From the NCBI GenBank assembly GCA_016783135.1, contig JADHXC010000004.1:2798-66797 (forward strand): 64,000 nt of DNA. The letters run 5' to 3'. Positions within the stretch are counted from its first letter, which is position 1; each line of letters begins with the position of its first letter. A program made the position numbers and the translations under genes. This DNA is from Dehalococcoidales bacterium. GTDB taxonomy: Bacteria; Chloroflexota; Dehalococcoidia; Dehalococcoidales; Fen-1064. The notes beneath the pieces were generated by a model. It did no database searches and was not told the DNA's origin. It saw nothing but the letters and a program-made list of their open reading frames with translations. Of the stretch, positions 35,127 to 43,970 are shown in pieces.

Positions 35127-36668
35127 ATGATGGGATTGAAGTCTGGCAAAGAAGTCAGCGAAGGCTTCTTCGATACCATAATAGATACCGGGGCCGGGTC
35201 ACTACTGGGCGCGGTGGGCCACCTTCTCAACGAGCGGGGGGTTCAGGCATACCTGGTAGGTGGTTTTGTCCGTGACGTGTTACTGCACCGTCGTACCGCT
35301 GATATTGATATTGCCGTGGCCTCTGATGCGCTGGAGGTTGCCAGGATGGTAGCTGGCGCGCTGGGTGGCAGGTTTGTTACACTGGACGAGGAAAACGGGG
35401 TAGCACGGATAATACTGGTGGGTGGTGGCGTATTCCCGGGTGAAAACCAGTGGCAGGTAGATTTCTCCACATTCCGTGGTAGTATCGAAGAGGACCTGGC
35501 GCGGCGTGATTTTACGGTAGATGCGATGGCAGTTGAACTCAACCAAATAACTACAACCGACCGGGCAGTACGGCTGGTGGACCCATTCGGAGGTCTTTTC
35601 GGCCTCCGAATGGGCATCATCCGGAGTGTTTCCGAGACCGCCTTTGAGTCCGATGCCGTTCGTCTGCTGCGAGCCGTGCGTCTGGCTGCCGAGCTTGGCT
35701 TCAGTATCGATAGTGTTACCGAAGCCCAGGTCCAGCACCATGCCGGCCTCATCGCCGGTGTTGCCGGGGAACGTATCAGGGAAGAGTTGCTGCGCCTCCT
35801 GGCCGTTCCCGGCAGTGGGCATTTCCTGGTCCACCTGGATAGCCTGGGTCTGCTTACAGCACTGATTCCGGAACTAGCCGCCGCCAGAGGCGTGGAACAG
35901 CCCGGAGAGCACTTCTGGGACATCTTCGAGCATTCTCTGAAGACCGTGCTCGCAGTCGACTTCTTGCTGCGGGAAGGGTCATGGGAGTATGGCGATGATG
36001 GGCTTTTAGCGACGGTCCCGTGGTCATCGGAGCTGACCGCGCACTTTGGCCTGGAGGTCGGCAGCGGGAGCACCGGAAGGTCGCTCCTGAAGCTGGCGGC
36101 ACTATTGCATGATATTGCCAAGCCGCAGACCAGAAACATTGATGAAGACGGGCGGATGCGCTTTCTGGGGCATGCCGGAGAGGGGGCCTCAGTAGCTGTC
36201 GGTGTCCTGGAGCGGCTGAGGTTCAGCAAGCGGGAGATAAAATTCGTGGAGGCAATAGTGCTGCACCACCTGCGCCCGATGCAGATGAGTCAGGTCGGGC
36301 TTCCCAGCCGGCGAGCGGTCTACCGTTATTTCCGCGATACCGGGGATGCTGCTATTGAGATACTCTTCCTTAGCCTGGCTGACCATCTTGCCACGCGGGG
36401 CCCGCACCTGGAGATGGCTGGCTGGCAGGAGCATATCGATATCGTGGAATACGTTCTCGCTCAGCATTTCGAGCAGGAGAGCCGGCCGCAGCCGGTTAAG
36501 CTGATAGATGGCCATGACCTGATAAACACCTTCGGCATGAGTCCGGGAGTCGGGCTTGGCAAACTCCTCGAGGCGGTAAGGGAGGCCCGGGCCGCCGGGG
36601 AAGTAACCACACGACAGGAAGCACTGGAATTCGTCCGCAGCCATTTATCTACTGAGGAAAGAGGATAG
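35127..36668 (+). CDS. cca: CCA tRNA nucleotidyltransferase family protein with C-terminal HD domain
   Basis: 513 aa. The head domain has YLVGGFVRDVLL...DIDIA and RDFT.NA. The HD region has LLHDIAKP...GH. Confidence 0.85.
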   Translation: MMGLKSGKEVSEGFFDTIIDTGAGSLLGAVGHLLNERGVQAYLVGGFVRDVLLHRRTADIDIAVASDALEVARMVAGALGGRFVTLDEENGVARIILVGGGVFPGENQWQVDFSTFRGSIEEDLARRDFTVDAMAVELNQITTTDRAVRLVDPFGGLFGLRMGIIRSVSETAFESDAVRLLRAVRLAAELGFSIDSVTEAQVQHHAGLIAGVAGERIREELLRLLAVPGSGHFLVHLDSLGLLTALIPELAAARGVEQPGEHFWDIFEHSLKTVLAVDFLLREGSWEYGDDGLLATVPWSSELTAHFGLEVGSGSTGRSLLKLAALLHDIAKPQTRNIDEDGRMRFLGHAGEGASVAVGVLERLRFSKREIKFVEAIVLHHLRPMQMSQVGLPSRRAVYRYFRDTGDAAIEILFLSLADHLATRGPHLEMAGWQEHIDIVEYVLAQHFEQESRPQPVKLIDGHDLINTFGMSPGVGLGKLLEAVREARAAGEVTTRQEALEFVRSHLSTEERG

Positions 36669-38153
36669 ATGCTCAGAAGAAACAGCTGGGTTCTCATCAC
36701 CGTTATAGTAGTGTTCGCTCTGGCCCTCTGGGTGTTGCTCCCTATCGAGGGAGAAAGATTGGGGCGTCAGGGAATCCAGTTCGGGCTTGACCTTAAGGGT
36801 GGCGTCCGTCTTGTCTACCAGGCTGATTTATCAGGAGTGACGCCAGGTACTGAGGACGAGATAATGGACGGTGTGTTGGCCGTTATTGCCAACCGCATCA
36901 ATCCGCTGGGTGTCACCGAACCTGACTTCCACAGGCGTGGTGACGACCAGATAGTGGTTGAACTCCCCGGGACTGACATTACCGATATCCAGAAGGAACG
37001 CATCGGACGTACCGCGTTACTCGGGTTCCGCGAACGGGTGGAGGTGCCCATCGGGGGTGAGGAAGTAGAGGTTGAAGTAGGGACTGAGGAGGAAGGTGAG
37101 GAGCCGGTTGACGGCGGAGAAGAGGAACAGGCCGAAGAAGGCGAAGGCGAGGTAGAAGAGCCGGTCGATGAGGGAGAGGAAGAGGAAAGTGAGCCGGTAA
37201 CGATATGGATGTGGGTACCGGCCACGGGCACGGTTAACGGTGAGGAGAAGGCGCTCAACAGCAGCTACTTCAAAGAGAACACCTATATCGACCGCGGACA
37301 GTTCGGTGAGATAGAACTGCACTTTGAGTGGAACGAGGAGGGAATAGAACTATCCGAGCAAATTACCGGTCGACTGGTGGTAGGCAATCAGCCGCTGGGC
37401 ATCTTCGAGGGGGACCAGCCTCTGCTCGGTGATGACGGCCAGCCGATTGCTCCCAGAGTCCAGGCGGTAATCACAGATAGAGGCATCATTACAGGGTTGA
37501 GCATGACGGAAGCCACAGAGCTTTCCAAGCAGTTAAACGCCGGGCGTCTGCCGGTACCGCTTACCAGAGTGGGGGAAATGACGGTTAAGCCCAAGCTCGG
37601 GGAGGATTTTGTTGACCTCAGTGTCCGGGCAGGTTTAATTGGCATTGCTCTGGTGATGCTCTTCATGATTACGTACTACCGTATCCCCGGACTCATGGCC
37701 AGCCTGGCACTGGTCTTCTATGGGGTGATAGTATTGGCACTATTTAAGCTGCTGGGGGTTACACTTACCCTGGCGGGTATCGGTGGTTTCGTCCTGTCCA
37801 TTGGTATGGCTGTAGATGCCAATGTGCTCATCTTCGAACGAATGAAGGAGGAGTTCCGGATGGGCCGGGCATTAGGTGCCGCTACTGAAGCCGGGTTCAA
37901 CCGTGCCTGGACAGCGATAAGAGACAGCAATATCACTACAATGATTGTCTGCGGTATTCTCATCTGGGTGGGTGGGTCTATTGCCTTCGGCGGCTCGGTG
38001 CAGGGTTTCGGTGTGACTCTACTGATTGGCGTGACAGTCAGCATGATTACGGCCATCGTCGTGACCAGGACGTTCCTGCGACTTTTCATAGGAACCAATC
38101 TGGCAAAGCAAACACGTCTGTTCACCATATACTCAGGAAAGAAAGATGTTTGA
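36669..38153 (+). CDS. secD: Protein translocase subunit SecD (with acidic insert)
   Basis: 494 aa. LGLDLKGG and the C-terminal 6-TM domain are present. A ~45-aa Glu-rich insert is encoded at about nt 37056-37196. Confidence 0.9.
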   Translation: MLRRNSWVLITVIVVFALALWVLLPIEGERLGRQGIQFGLDLKGGVRLVYQADLSGVTPGTEDEIMDGVLAVIANRINPLGVTEPDFHRRGDDQIVVELPGTDITDIQKERIGRTALLGFRERVEVPIGGEEVEVEVGTEEEGEEPVDGGEEEQAEEGEGEVEEPVDEGEEEESEPVTIWMWVPATGTVNGEEKALNSSYFKENTYIDRGQFGEIELHFEWNEEGIELSEQITGRLVVGNQPLGIFEGDQPLLGDDGQPIAPRVQAVITDRGIITGLSMTEATELSKQLNAGRLPVPLTRVGEMTVKPKLGEDFVDLSVRAGLIGIALVMLFMITYYRIPGLMASLALVFYGVIVLALFKLLGVTLTLAGIGGFVLSIGMAVDANVLIFERMKEEFRMGRALGAATEAGFNRAWTAIRDSNITTMIVCGILIWVGGSIAFGGSVQGFGVTLLIGVTVSMITAIVVTRTFLRLFIGTNLAKQTRLFTIYSGKKDV

Positions 38154-39051
38154 TATCGTCGGTAAGAGGCCAGTTTACTTCGCCATTTCTGCGGTTCTCC
38201 TGGCAGGTAGTATCATTGTCCTGCTGGTGCTGGGACTGAACCCGGGGATAGACTTCAGCAGTGGCTCGATCACGACGCTGAACTTCGAGCAGGCCGTAGA
38301 CCCGACCGAAGCGGAAGAGGCGCTGTCCGGTCTGGGATTCAGCAGCCGGATTGATGAGTGGCAGGGCGACCTGGTTATCCACACGATTCAGTTGACCACC
38401 GAGGAAAAGACCAGTATCAGGGAAGGCCTTGAGGAGAAGTTCGGACCTGCTGAAGAGATGGGTTTTGAAAGTGTTGACCCGGTGATTGCAGAAGAGACGG
38501 CAGGAACCGCCGGTATCGCTGTGGCCGTGTCGGCGGTAGGGATACTGCTCTATCTCACCTGGGCCTTCCGCCGCATGCCGAGGCCCTTGCACTATGGTAC
38601 CTGTGCCGTCATAGCGCTGATGCATGATGTCGCCATTGTGCTCGGAGTGTTCTCTCTCCTTGGCGGCATATTCGGCTGGGAAATCAACCTGATGTTTATC
38701 ACAGGCATACTCGCAGTGATTGGTTACAGCGTGAATAATACCGTGGTGGTCTTTGACCGGATACGGGAAAACCTGCAGAGGGGAGTCAGCCCGAACTTTG
38801 AGGTGGTGGTCAACAGCAGCCTGGTGGAAACCATGAGCCGCTCGTTGAATACCAGCCTGACGACACTGGCGGTGGTGCTGGCCCTGGTGCTGTTTGTCGG
38901 TGTATCAATTCAGAACTTCGCTGTGGTCCTGCTGATTGGTGTTATTGCCGGGACTTATAGTTCTCTCTTTGTAGCGCCCCAGTTGCTCGCGGTCTGGCAT
39001 AAGGGGAAGTGGCGGGGCTTCGTGCAAGGCCCGACCCTGACAACACGATAG
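38146..39051 (+). CDS. secF: Protein translocase subunit SecF
   Basis: 301 aa. GIDFSSG and ...GYSVNNTVVVFDRIREN are present. It overlaps the secD stop. Confidence 0.9.
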   Translation: MFDIVGKRPVYFAISAVLLAGSIIVLLVLGLNPGIDFSSGSITTLNFEQAVDPTEAEEALSGLGFSSRIDEWQGDLVIHTIQLTTEEKTSIREGLEEKFGPAEEMGFESVDPVIAEETAGTAGIAVAVSAVGILLYLTWAFRRMPRPLHYGTCAVIALMHDVAIVLGVFSLLGGIFGWEINLMFITGILAVIGYSVNNTVVVFDRIRENLQRGVSPNFEVVVNSSLVETMSRSLNTSLTTLAVVLALVLFVGVSIQNFAVVLLIGVIAGTYSSLFVAPQLLAVWHKGKWRGFVQGPTLTTR

Positions 39052-39090
39052 GTCCGGAAGAGAGGATTCCCCGGGGAGGAACAAGGCCGT

Positions 39091-39996
39091 ATGTTCTCCA
39101 CGAGAAGTGGTGCTGCCAGACTCGCCCTCGGGACTATCATTGTCTTGATTGCCGTTAAGGTGATTGTGGCGGTGGTAACCGGCAGCATCAGCATTACCGC
39201 CCAGGCGACAGACAGCTTCCTTGACCTGATTGCCGTAGCTATCACCCTCTTCGCGGTCCGCATGGCCATGATGCCCGCTGATGAAGAACACCCTTTCGGT
39301 CACGGCAAGGTTGAGGGTATTGCTGCTATTATACAGGCAGTGCTGATTGTCGGCGCTGGTGGCTTCATCGTCTATTCTGCAGTTATGCGGATAGTAGATG
39401 GTGCTACGGTGGAAATGACTGAGGCCGGCATCGGCGTTATGCTCTTCTCTACGGTCGTCAGTATCTTCCTGGCGCGTCATCTGTCCCGGGTATCGCGGTC
39501 CACCAGGTCGTTAGCGCTGGAAGCGTCTGCCCGCAATATCACCGCCGATATCTATTCTGCCGCCGGTGTCCTGCTGGCGATGGTGTCGATACGCCTCACC
39601 GGACTGGCCATTATTGACCCTATCATTGCCCTCTGTGTTGCCATACTGATATTTAAGTCCGCCTATGATGTCATCCGGAAGTCTGTCAGGGAACTGGCTG
39701 ATGCCCGGCTGCCGGAGGAAGAGGAGAAAACACTGACCACCACTATCATCGAGCACCGTGGCCAACTGGCCGGTTTCCACGCAATACGAAGTCGGAGGGC
39801 AGGGAACCAGCGCTTCATCGACCTGCACCTGGTAATGCCCCGAAATGCCAGCCTGGAAGAGGCTCACGCTATGTGCGACCACATCGAAGAGGATATCAAG
39901 ACCAGGCTGCCCGGTACCAGTGTCACCATCCATTGTGAGCCCTGCCAGGTGGAGTGCGCAGAGTGCCGCGTACTCGGTTGCAGTCTCCGGCAGTAG
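39091..39996 (+). CDS. Cation diffusion facilitator (CDF) family transporter with Cys-rich tail
   Basis: 301 aa. SISITAQATDSFLD, HPFGHGKVE and the C-terminal cytoplasmic domain are present. The tail is CEPCQVECAECRVLGC. Confidence 0.88.
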   Translation: MFSTRSGAARLALGTIIVLIAVKVIVAVVTGSISITAQATDSFLDLIAVAITLFAVRMAMMPADEEHPFGHGKVEGIAAIIQAVLIVGAGGFIVYSAVMRIVDGATVEMTEAGIGVMLFSTVVSIFLARHLSRVSRSTRSLALEASARNITADIYSAAGVLLAMVSIRLTGLAIIDPIIALCVAILIFKSAYDVIRKSVRELADARLPEEEEKTLTTTIIEHRGQLAGFHAIRSRRAGNQRFIDLHLVMPRNASLEEAHAMCDHIEEDIKTRLPGTSVTIHCEPCQVECAECRVLGCSLRQ

Positions 39997-40030
39997 GGGC
40001 CTACACCCTACGGCAGTAGGGGCCTACACC
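39988..40030. repeat. Tandem duplication of a 20-nt unit (cggcagtaggggcctacacc, period 23)
   Basis: Two exact copies lie at 39988-40007 and 40011-40030. They straddle the stop codons of the convergent CDF and LysE genes. Confidence 0.9.
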
Positions 40031-40662
40031 GCCTGCTGGATACCGGACACGATAAACCAACCCCCGAAGCCCACCAGCAGCAGGCTGCACGCGATAAACA
40101 ACCCTTCCTGGAACCGTTTCCCCCACAGCGCCTGCGTCCTGTATATCAGGACGGATACAATCGTGAGCCACACCAGGTCGCATGACCAGTGGACCGCGGT
40201 GAACGCCACCAGCCCGGCAGCACCGTAGTCGACCACCTTCATGATGAGCATACTGCCCACGGTCGCCCACCACAGCAGGAAAAACGGGTTGAGGGCGCTG
40301 AGGACGATGCCGGCAGTAATCGCGTTGTAGGACAGGTCCCGGCCCTGATGGACCACCTCGGTGCGGGCGCGGAACATGCCGATTCCGAGCCAGATAATCA
40401 TCGCTCCCCCGGCTATGCTCAACACGAGTTGCACCGTGGTATTCTCAAAGAACCGGGCAAAGCCGAAGTATATCAGCAGTATCAGAGGGACCTCTATCAC
40501 GGCGTGGCCGATGGCTATCAGTGGCCCTGCCCAGGGACTGCGGTAGCTCTTGGCCACGGTGATAGCAAACATCGGTCCGGGCATCATCACGCCGGACAGT
40601 GAAATTACGGCTACACTCAGCAGGACTGGCAGCAAGGCGGCACCTCTCCCAGATTGTAGCAT
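40024..40662 (-). CDS. LysE/RhtB family amino-acid exporter
   Basis: 212 aa, 6 TM helices. PGP.F motif near the N-terminus (MPGPMFAITV). Confidence 0.85.
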   Translation of the reverse strand: MLQSGRGAALLPVLLSVAVISLSGVMMPGPMFAITVAKSYRSPWAGPLIAIGHAVIEVPLILLIYFGFARFFENTTVQLVLSIAGGAMIIWLGIGMFRARTEVVHQGRDLSYNAITAGIVLSALNPFFLLWWATVGSMLIMKVVDYGAAGLVAFTAVHWSCDLVWLTIVSVLIYRTQALWGKRFQEGLFIACSLLLVGFGGWFIVSGIQQAV

Positions 40663-40770
40663 ACTGACTTTATTTCACACACTAAGGTTATACGTTCTCC
40701 TTGAGTTCACCGGCTTGATTCACTATACTTGCGGTATAGTACGGGTTGGCATTCCTTGGGGGTGGCCGAT

Positions 40771-41964
40771 ATGTCCCTGGACCTTACGAAGCTCATTTCC
40801 CAGGTGGGCGACATGGTGGCTCGGCTGAAGGCCAGAGGCCGGGAGCGTCAGGAACGCCTTGAGCATGCCCGGGAGGCCCTCGGCAGGTATGCCGGTGACG
40901 TGGATGCCCTCAGAAACAAGATTGATGCCAGCCGTACCACCTGGCTGGTGGCCGGTCTGGTGGATGGGCTTGACGGGCATCACGGGGCGCCTGCCACGCC
41001 CGCCGACTTCACCGTGGTTGCCACTGACGGCTCCCATATCGACGTTGACCGGCACCGTGCCGCCCGGTGCTACCTGATAAACATCGGCTCGGTGGTGCTG
41101 CGCTACGGTACCAGTCCGGCAGCCGTTCTGGACAGCCAGCCCAGTCTCTATTCCGGGGATGAGGACCTGGTGATTGCCGCACCCGGAGTGCGCGGTCGTG
41201 AGCAGGTGATTGAGGGTGCGCTCCTGGGCATGAAGCGTGCCGTCGATGAAGCCCGTCGTCTGTCCGAGTTGGCGGCCGAGACGTCAACGGATAGCCCGAC
41301 CGTGGCACTGCTCGACGGCTCTCTGATACTCTGGGGACTGGAGCCATACCCCGAGTTCGTCACCGAGGAGTTGCTGGACAAAGGGTTCCTGAGGTGTCTG
41401 GAGAGACTGCGCAAGCTGAGCGGGGAGAGACAGCTTGCTGTGGCGAGCTACATCAGCTTTCCCCGCAGTATGGATGTCGTCAATGCCCTGCGGGTGGCGC
41501 TCTGCCCCCGGGAGACAGTCGACAGCGACCGCTGCCTGACCTGTGAGACCAGGGAATGCGACGCCGTGGCCGGTGTTCGCGACCGCGAGCTTTTTGCCGG
41601 GCTGCTTGAACCGGGGGAGAGGTCGGACACCTTCATCAGCTCCTCCAAAATCCAGAGTCGGTACGGCCCCCACCAGGTCCACTTCTTTTATCTGAACGTG
41701 GATAACGAGGTTGCCCGGATTGAGGTGCCTCACTGGGTGGCAACCAGCGAAAGTCTGCTTGGCCTTACCCACAGCCTTATCCTTGACCAGTGCCGGCGCG
41801 GACACGGCTACCCGGTGGTGCTGAGTGAGGCCCACGAGAAGGCGGTTGTCACCGGCGCCGACGCCGCCAGCTTCTGGCGGCTGGTGGAATCGTCCCTAGT
41901 GGAGGAAAAACTGCCCACCACCGGCTCGGCAAAGAGCTGGAGCAAGAGAACGAGGTGGGTCTAG
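40771..41964 (+). CDS. nurA: NurA-domain 5'-3' nuclease
   Basis: VVATDGSHIDVDRH (catalytic DGS) and VALLDGSLILWGL are present, with a later ..GYPVVLSEAHEKAVV.. block. Start chosen at ATG 40771; the ORF track gives 40729. Confidence 0.75.
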   Translation: MSLDLTKLISQVGDMVARLKARGRERQERLEHAREALGRYAGDVDALRNKIDASRTTWLVAGLVDGLDGHHGAPATPADFTVVATDGSHIDVDRHRAARCYLINIGSVVLRYGTSPAAVLDSQPSLYSGDEDLVIAAPGVRGREQVIEGALLGMKRAVDEARRLSELAAETSTDSPTVALLDGSLILWGLEPYPEFVTEELLDKGFLRCLERLRKLSGERQLAVASYISFPRSMDVVNALRVALCPRETVDSDRCLTCETRECDAVAGVRDRELFAGLLEPGERSDTFISSSKIQSRYGPHQVHFFYLNVDNEVARIEVPHWVATSESLLGLTHSLILDQCRRGHGYPVVLSEAHEKAVVTGADAASFWRLVESSLVEEKLPTTGSAKSWSKRTRWV

Positions 41965-42018
41965 CCATTACTTACGGAAGTACATGCTCGTAGTAAGGAG
42001 AGAACGGCTGTAGACGAC

Positions 42019-42639
42019 TTGAAGAATCTCATGCCGGTGGGGAAATCAGGAGTAAAACCTGCTGCCAGGGTCTTATCCCGGGCGTTTCATGATTCCCCGA
42101 TATTTACCCATCTGCTTCCGGACCCTGTGGAAAGGAAGAACAAGCTGCACTACCTTTTCGAAATAGTGGTTCGCGATAGTATTCGCCACGGGGAGGTCTA
42201 CGCGACTTCTCAGGACCTGGAAGGTATAGCCGTGTGGATACCCTCGGAAAGGGGCGAGAGTATGTCGCCAGGGAGAATGATACGGTCTGGCGCATTGTCT
42301 CTCCCATTCAGATTCGGAAGAGACTTCTCGTCAAGGCAGGGTCCTGTTACCGCTTCTATTGACTCGGCGCACAAGCGTCATGCACCTTTCCGCCACTGGT
42401 TTCTCCAGGCTATCGGTGTAGACCCCGCTTATCAGGGAAAGGGGTATGCCAGTAGACTGTTGAAACCCATGCTTGCCAGAATAGACAGGGAGAATATGCC
42501 CTGCTATCTTGATACCGAAGAAGAGAAGAATGTTTCCATTTACCAGCATTACAACTTCAAGGTACTTGAGGAAGCGGAAATCCCGAGCACCGATATTGTT
42601 CTCCGGGCCATGTTGAGGGAGAAGTCCGGTCAGCAATAG
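42019..42639 (+). CDS. GNAT family N-acetyltransferase
   Basis: 206 aa. The acetyl-CoA site is IGVDPAYQGKGYASRLL. Confidence 0.85.
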   Translation: MKNLMPVGKSGVKPAARVLSRAFHDSPIFTHLLPDPVERKNKLHYLFEIVVRDSIRHGEVYATSQDLEGIAVWIPSERGESMSPGRMIRSGALSLPFRFGRDFSSRQGPVTASIDSAHKRHAPFRHWFLQAIGVDPAYQGKGYASRLLKPMLARIDRENMPCYLDTEEEKNVSIYQHYNFKVLEEAEIPSTDIVLRAMLREKSGQQ

Positions 42640-42755
42640 CACCCTGTTGCACCGTTTGACCGTGTGGGTATACAATACTCACCAAATAACAAGCATCAAA
42701 TTCCAAAACCCAAAGGGGCGGGTATACAATACGATGGAGGCATATTTGTAGCGGT

Positions 42756-43160
42756 ATGCGAAGAAGAGCCACTGTTATCGTAGTGAAGGACGGGAAGGCA
42801 CTGCTGATAAAGGGCAGAGGGCAGCATCGCTGGTCTTTCCCGGGTGGGAGAATAGAAAGAGGTGAGACGTTTGCCGTTACGGCGGCAAGGGAGTTGTACG
42901 AGGAGCTGGGATTGCGTGCGGCCAGGGTGACCCGCCTCCGCGATGGTGATTTCGCCACGTCTCAGAATCAGCACAAAGCGTTTCTTGTGGAAACTGACGA
43001 TGAACCACACGTCCTGGAGCGTAGCATAGACACGTTCACGTGGTGGGACATGAAGACCCCCGTACCAGTATTTGAGCACGTTACAGCGGTAGTCGGTGCC
43101 TACCATCGTCAAGCGCACACCAGAAGGGAGTCGAAGAGGGGCGAAGCCCTTCTTACATAA
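42756..43160 (+). CDS. NUDIX hydrolase
   Basis: 134 aa. The Nudix box is GGRIERGETFAVTAARELYEELGL. The last few codons run into the hairpin repeat. Confidence 0.85.
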   Translation: MRRRATVIVVKDGKALLIKGRGQHRWSFPGGRIERGETFAVTAARELYEELGLRAARVTRLRDGDFATSQNQHKAFLVETDDEPHVLERSIDTFTWWDMKTPVPVFEHVTAVVGAYHRQAHTRRESKRGEALLT

Positions 43161-43210
43161 ATCTTCCCCTTCCCCTGACAGGGGAAGGGGATTAAGGGGA
43201 TAGGGTACCT
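43129..43210 (+). repeat. Compound G/C-run hairpin element, copy B
   Basis: Hairpin 1 is gaagagggg-cgaa-gcccttctt (imperfect). Hairpin 2 is tccccttcccct-gac-aggggaagggga (43165-43191, 12 bp perfect). The tail is ttaaggggatagggtacc. It parallels 23541-23615. Confidence 0.85.
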
Positions 43211-43266
43211 TCACAGGAAAAAGGATATATCCCTGGAATTATGAATTATACCAGGAGGAAACGTTA

Positions 43267-43341
43267 ATGGGCACCAAGGGTAGAAAGAACGTCAAGAAAT
43301 CCAAGCAGAAAAAGGAGAAGAAGGAAGAGAAGAAGAAGTAG
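43267..43341 (+). CDS. Candidate 24-aa lysine-rich micro-protein (MGTKGRKNVKKSKQKKEKKEEKKK)
   Basis: ATG lies 8 nt after AGGAGG. The stop is 10 nt before the next ORF, whose own RBS is weak, which suggests translational coupling. Confidence 0.3.
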   Translation: MGTKGRKNVKKSKQKKEKKEEKKK

Positions 43342-43351
43342 AGAACCGGGA

Positions 43352-43954
43352 ATGACTGAATCAGCGGAAAGAGTCGGTGAGGTAATCGAGGCCGGCACCA
43401 CCCAGTTCGTCGCCGAGTGCTACGAGCTCTACCAGCCGCCGCCATTGGGCAGCCTGGTGCAGGTGGGCGATGCCGGAGAAGAGCTTCTCGGAGTTGTCTA
43501 TTATGCCACCACGGCCAGCCTGGAGCCGGGACGGCGTCCCATCGCCCGCGGTAAGGATGAGGTTTCCGAGGAGGCGGTCTACCAGGCCAGCCCCCAACTT
43601 GAAAAGCTGTTCCGTAGTGAGTTCAGCGCGTTAGTAGTGGGACACGCCGAGGGGCGTAAGCTACTCCAGTACCTTCCGGCGCGGCCGGCCCGCATCCACA
43701 GCTTCGTCTACCGGTGCCCCCCGGACAGCGTCAGGGACTTCAGCACTTCATTTGATTTCCTGAGCCTGCTACTCAGCACAGCGCTACCGGTATCGGTGGA
43801 GGAACTGGTCGCGGCAACCCTGCGCCAGATGAGCGCGGCCCACGAGGACAACCGGGGCTTCCTCGTTGCGGCGGGGAAGGAACTGGCGACGCTCCTCAGT
43901 GGCGAGTACGGCCGGCTCAGGGCGATTCTGGAGAGGATTGTGCCGCCGGAATAG
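43352..43954 (+). CDS. Stand-alone HAS-barrel-like protein (resembles the N-terminal region of HerA)
   Basis: 200 aa. VGEVIEAGTTQFVAECYE...LGSLVQVGD...LLGVVYYATT ... P.RIHSFVYRCPPDSVRDF mirrors the layout of the N-terminal ~130 aa of the HerA ORF at 44439. Confidence 0.55.
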   Translation: MTESAERVGEVIEAGTTQFVAECYELYQPPPLGSLVQVGDAGEELLGVVYYATTASLEPGRRPIARGKDEVSEEAVYQASPQLEKLFRSEFSALVVGHAEGRKLLQYLPARPARIHSFVYRCPPDSVRDFSTSFDFLSLLLSTALPVSVEELVAATLRQMSAAHEDNRGFLVAAGKELATLLSGEYGRLRAILERIVPPE

Positions 43955-43970
43955 GAGTGCTGTCTGTGTA

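Noticed and set aside
43866-43970. N-terminal extension of the GNAT ORF (ORF-track start 43866)
   Set aside because: It would overlap the preceding gene by 89 nt with an Arg-rich implausible sequence. The ATG at 43971 gives a normal GNAT N-terminus.
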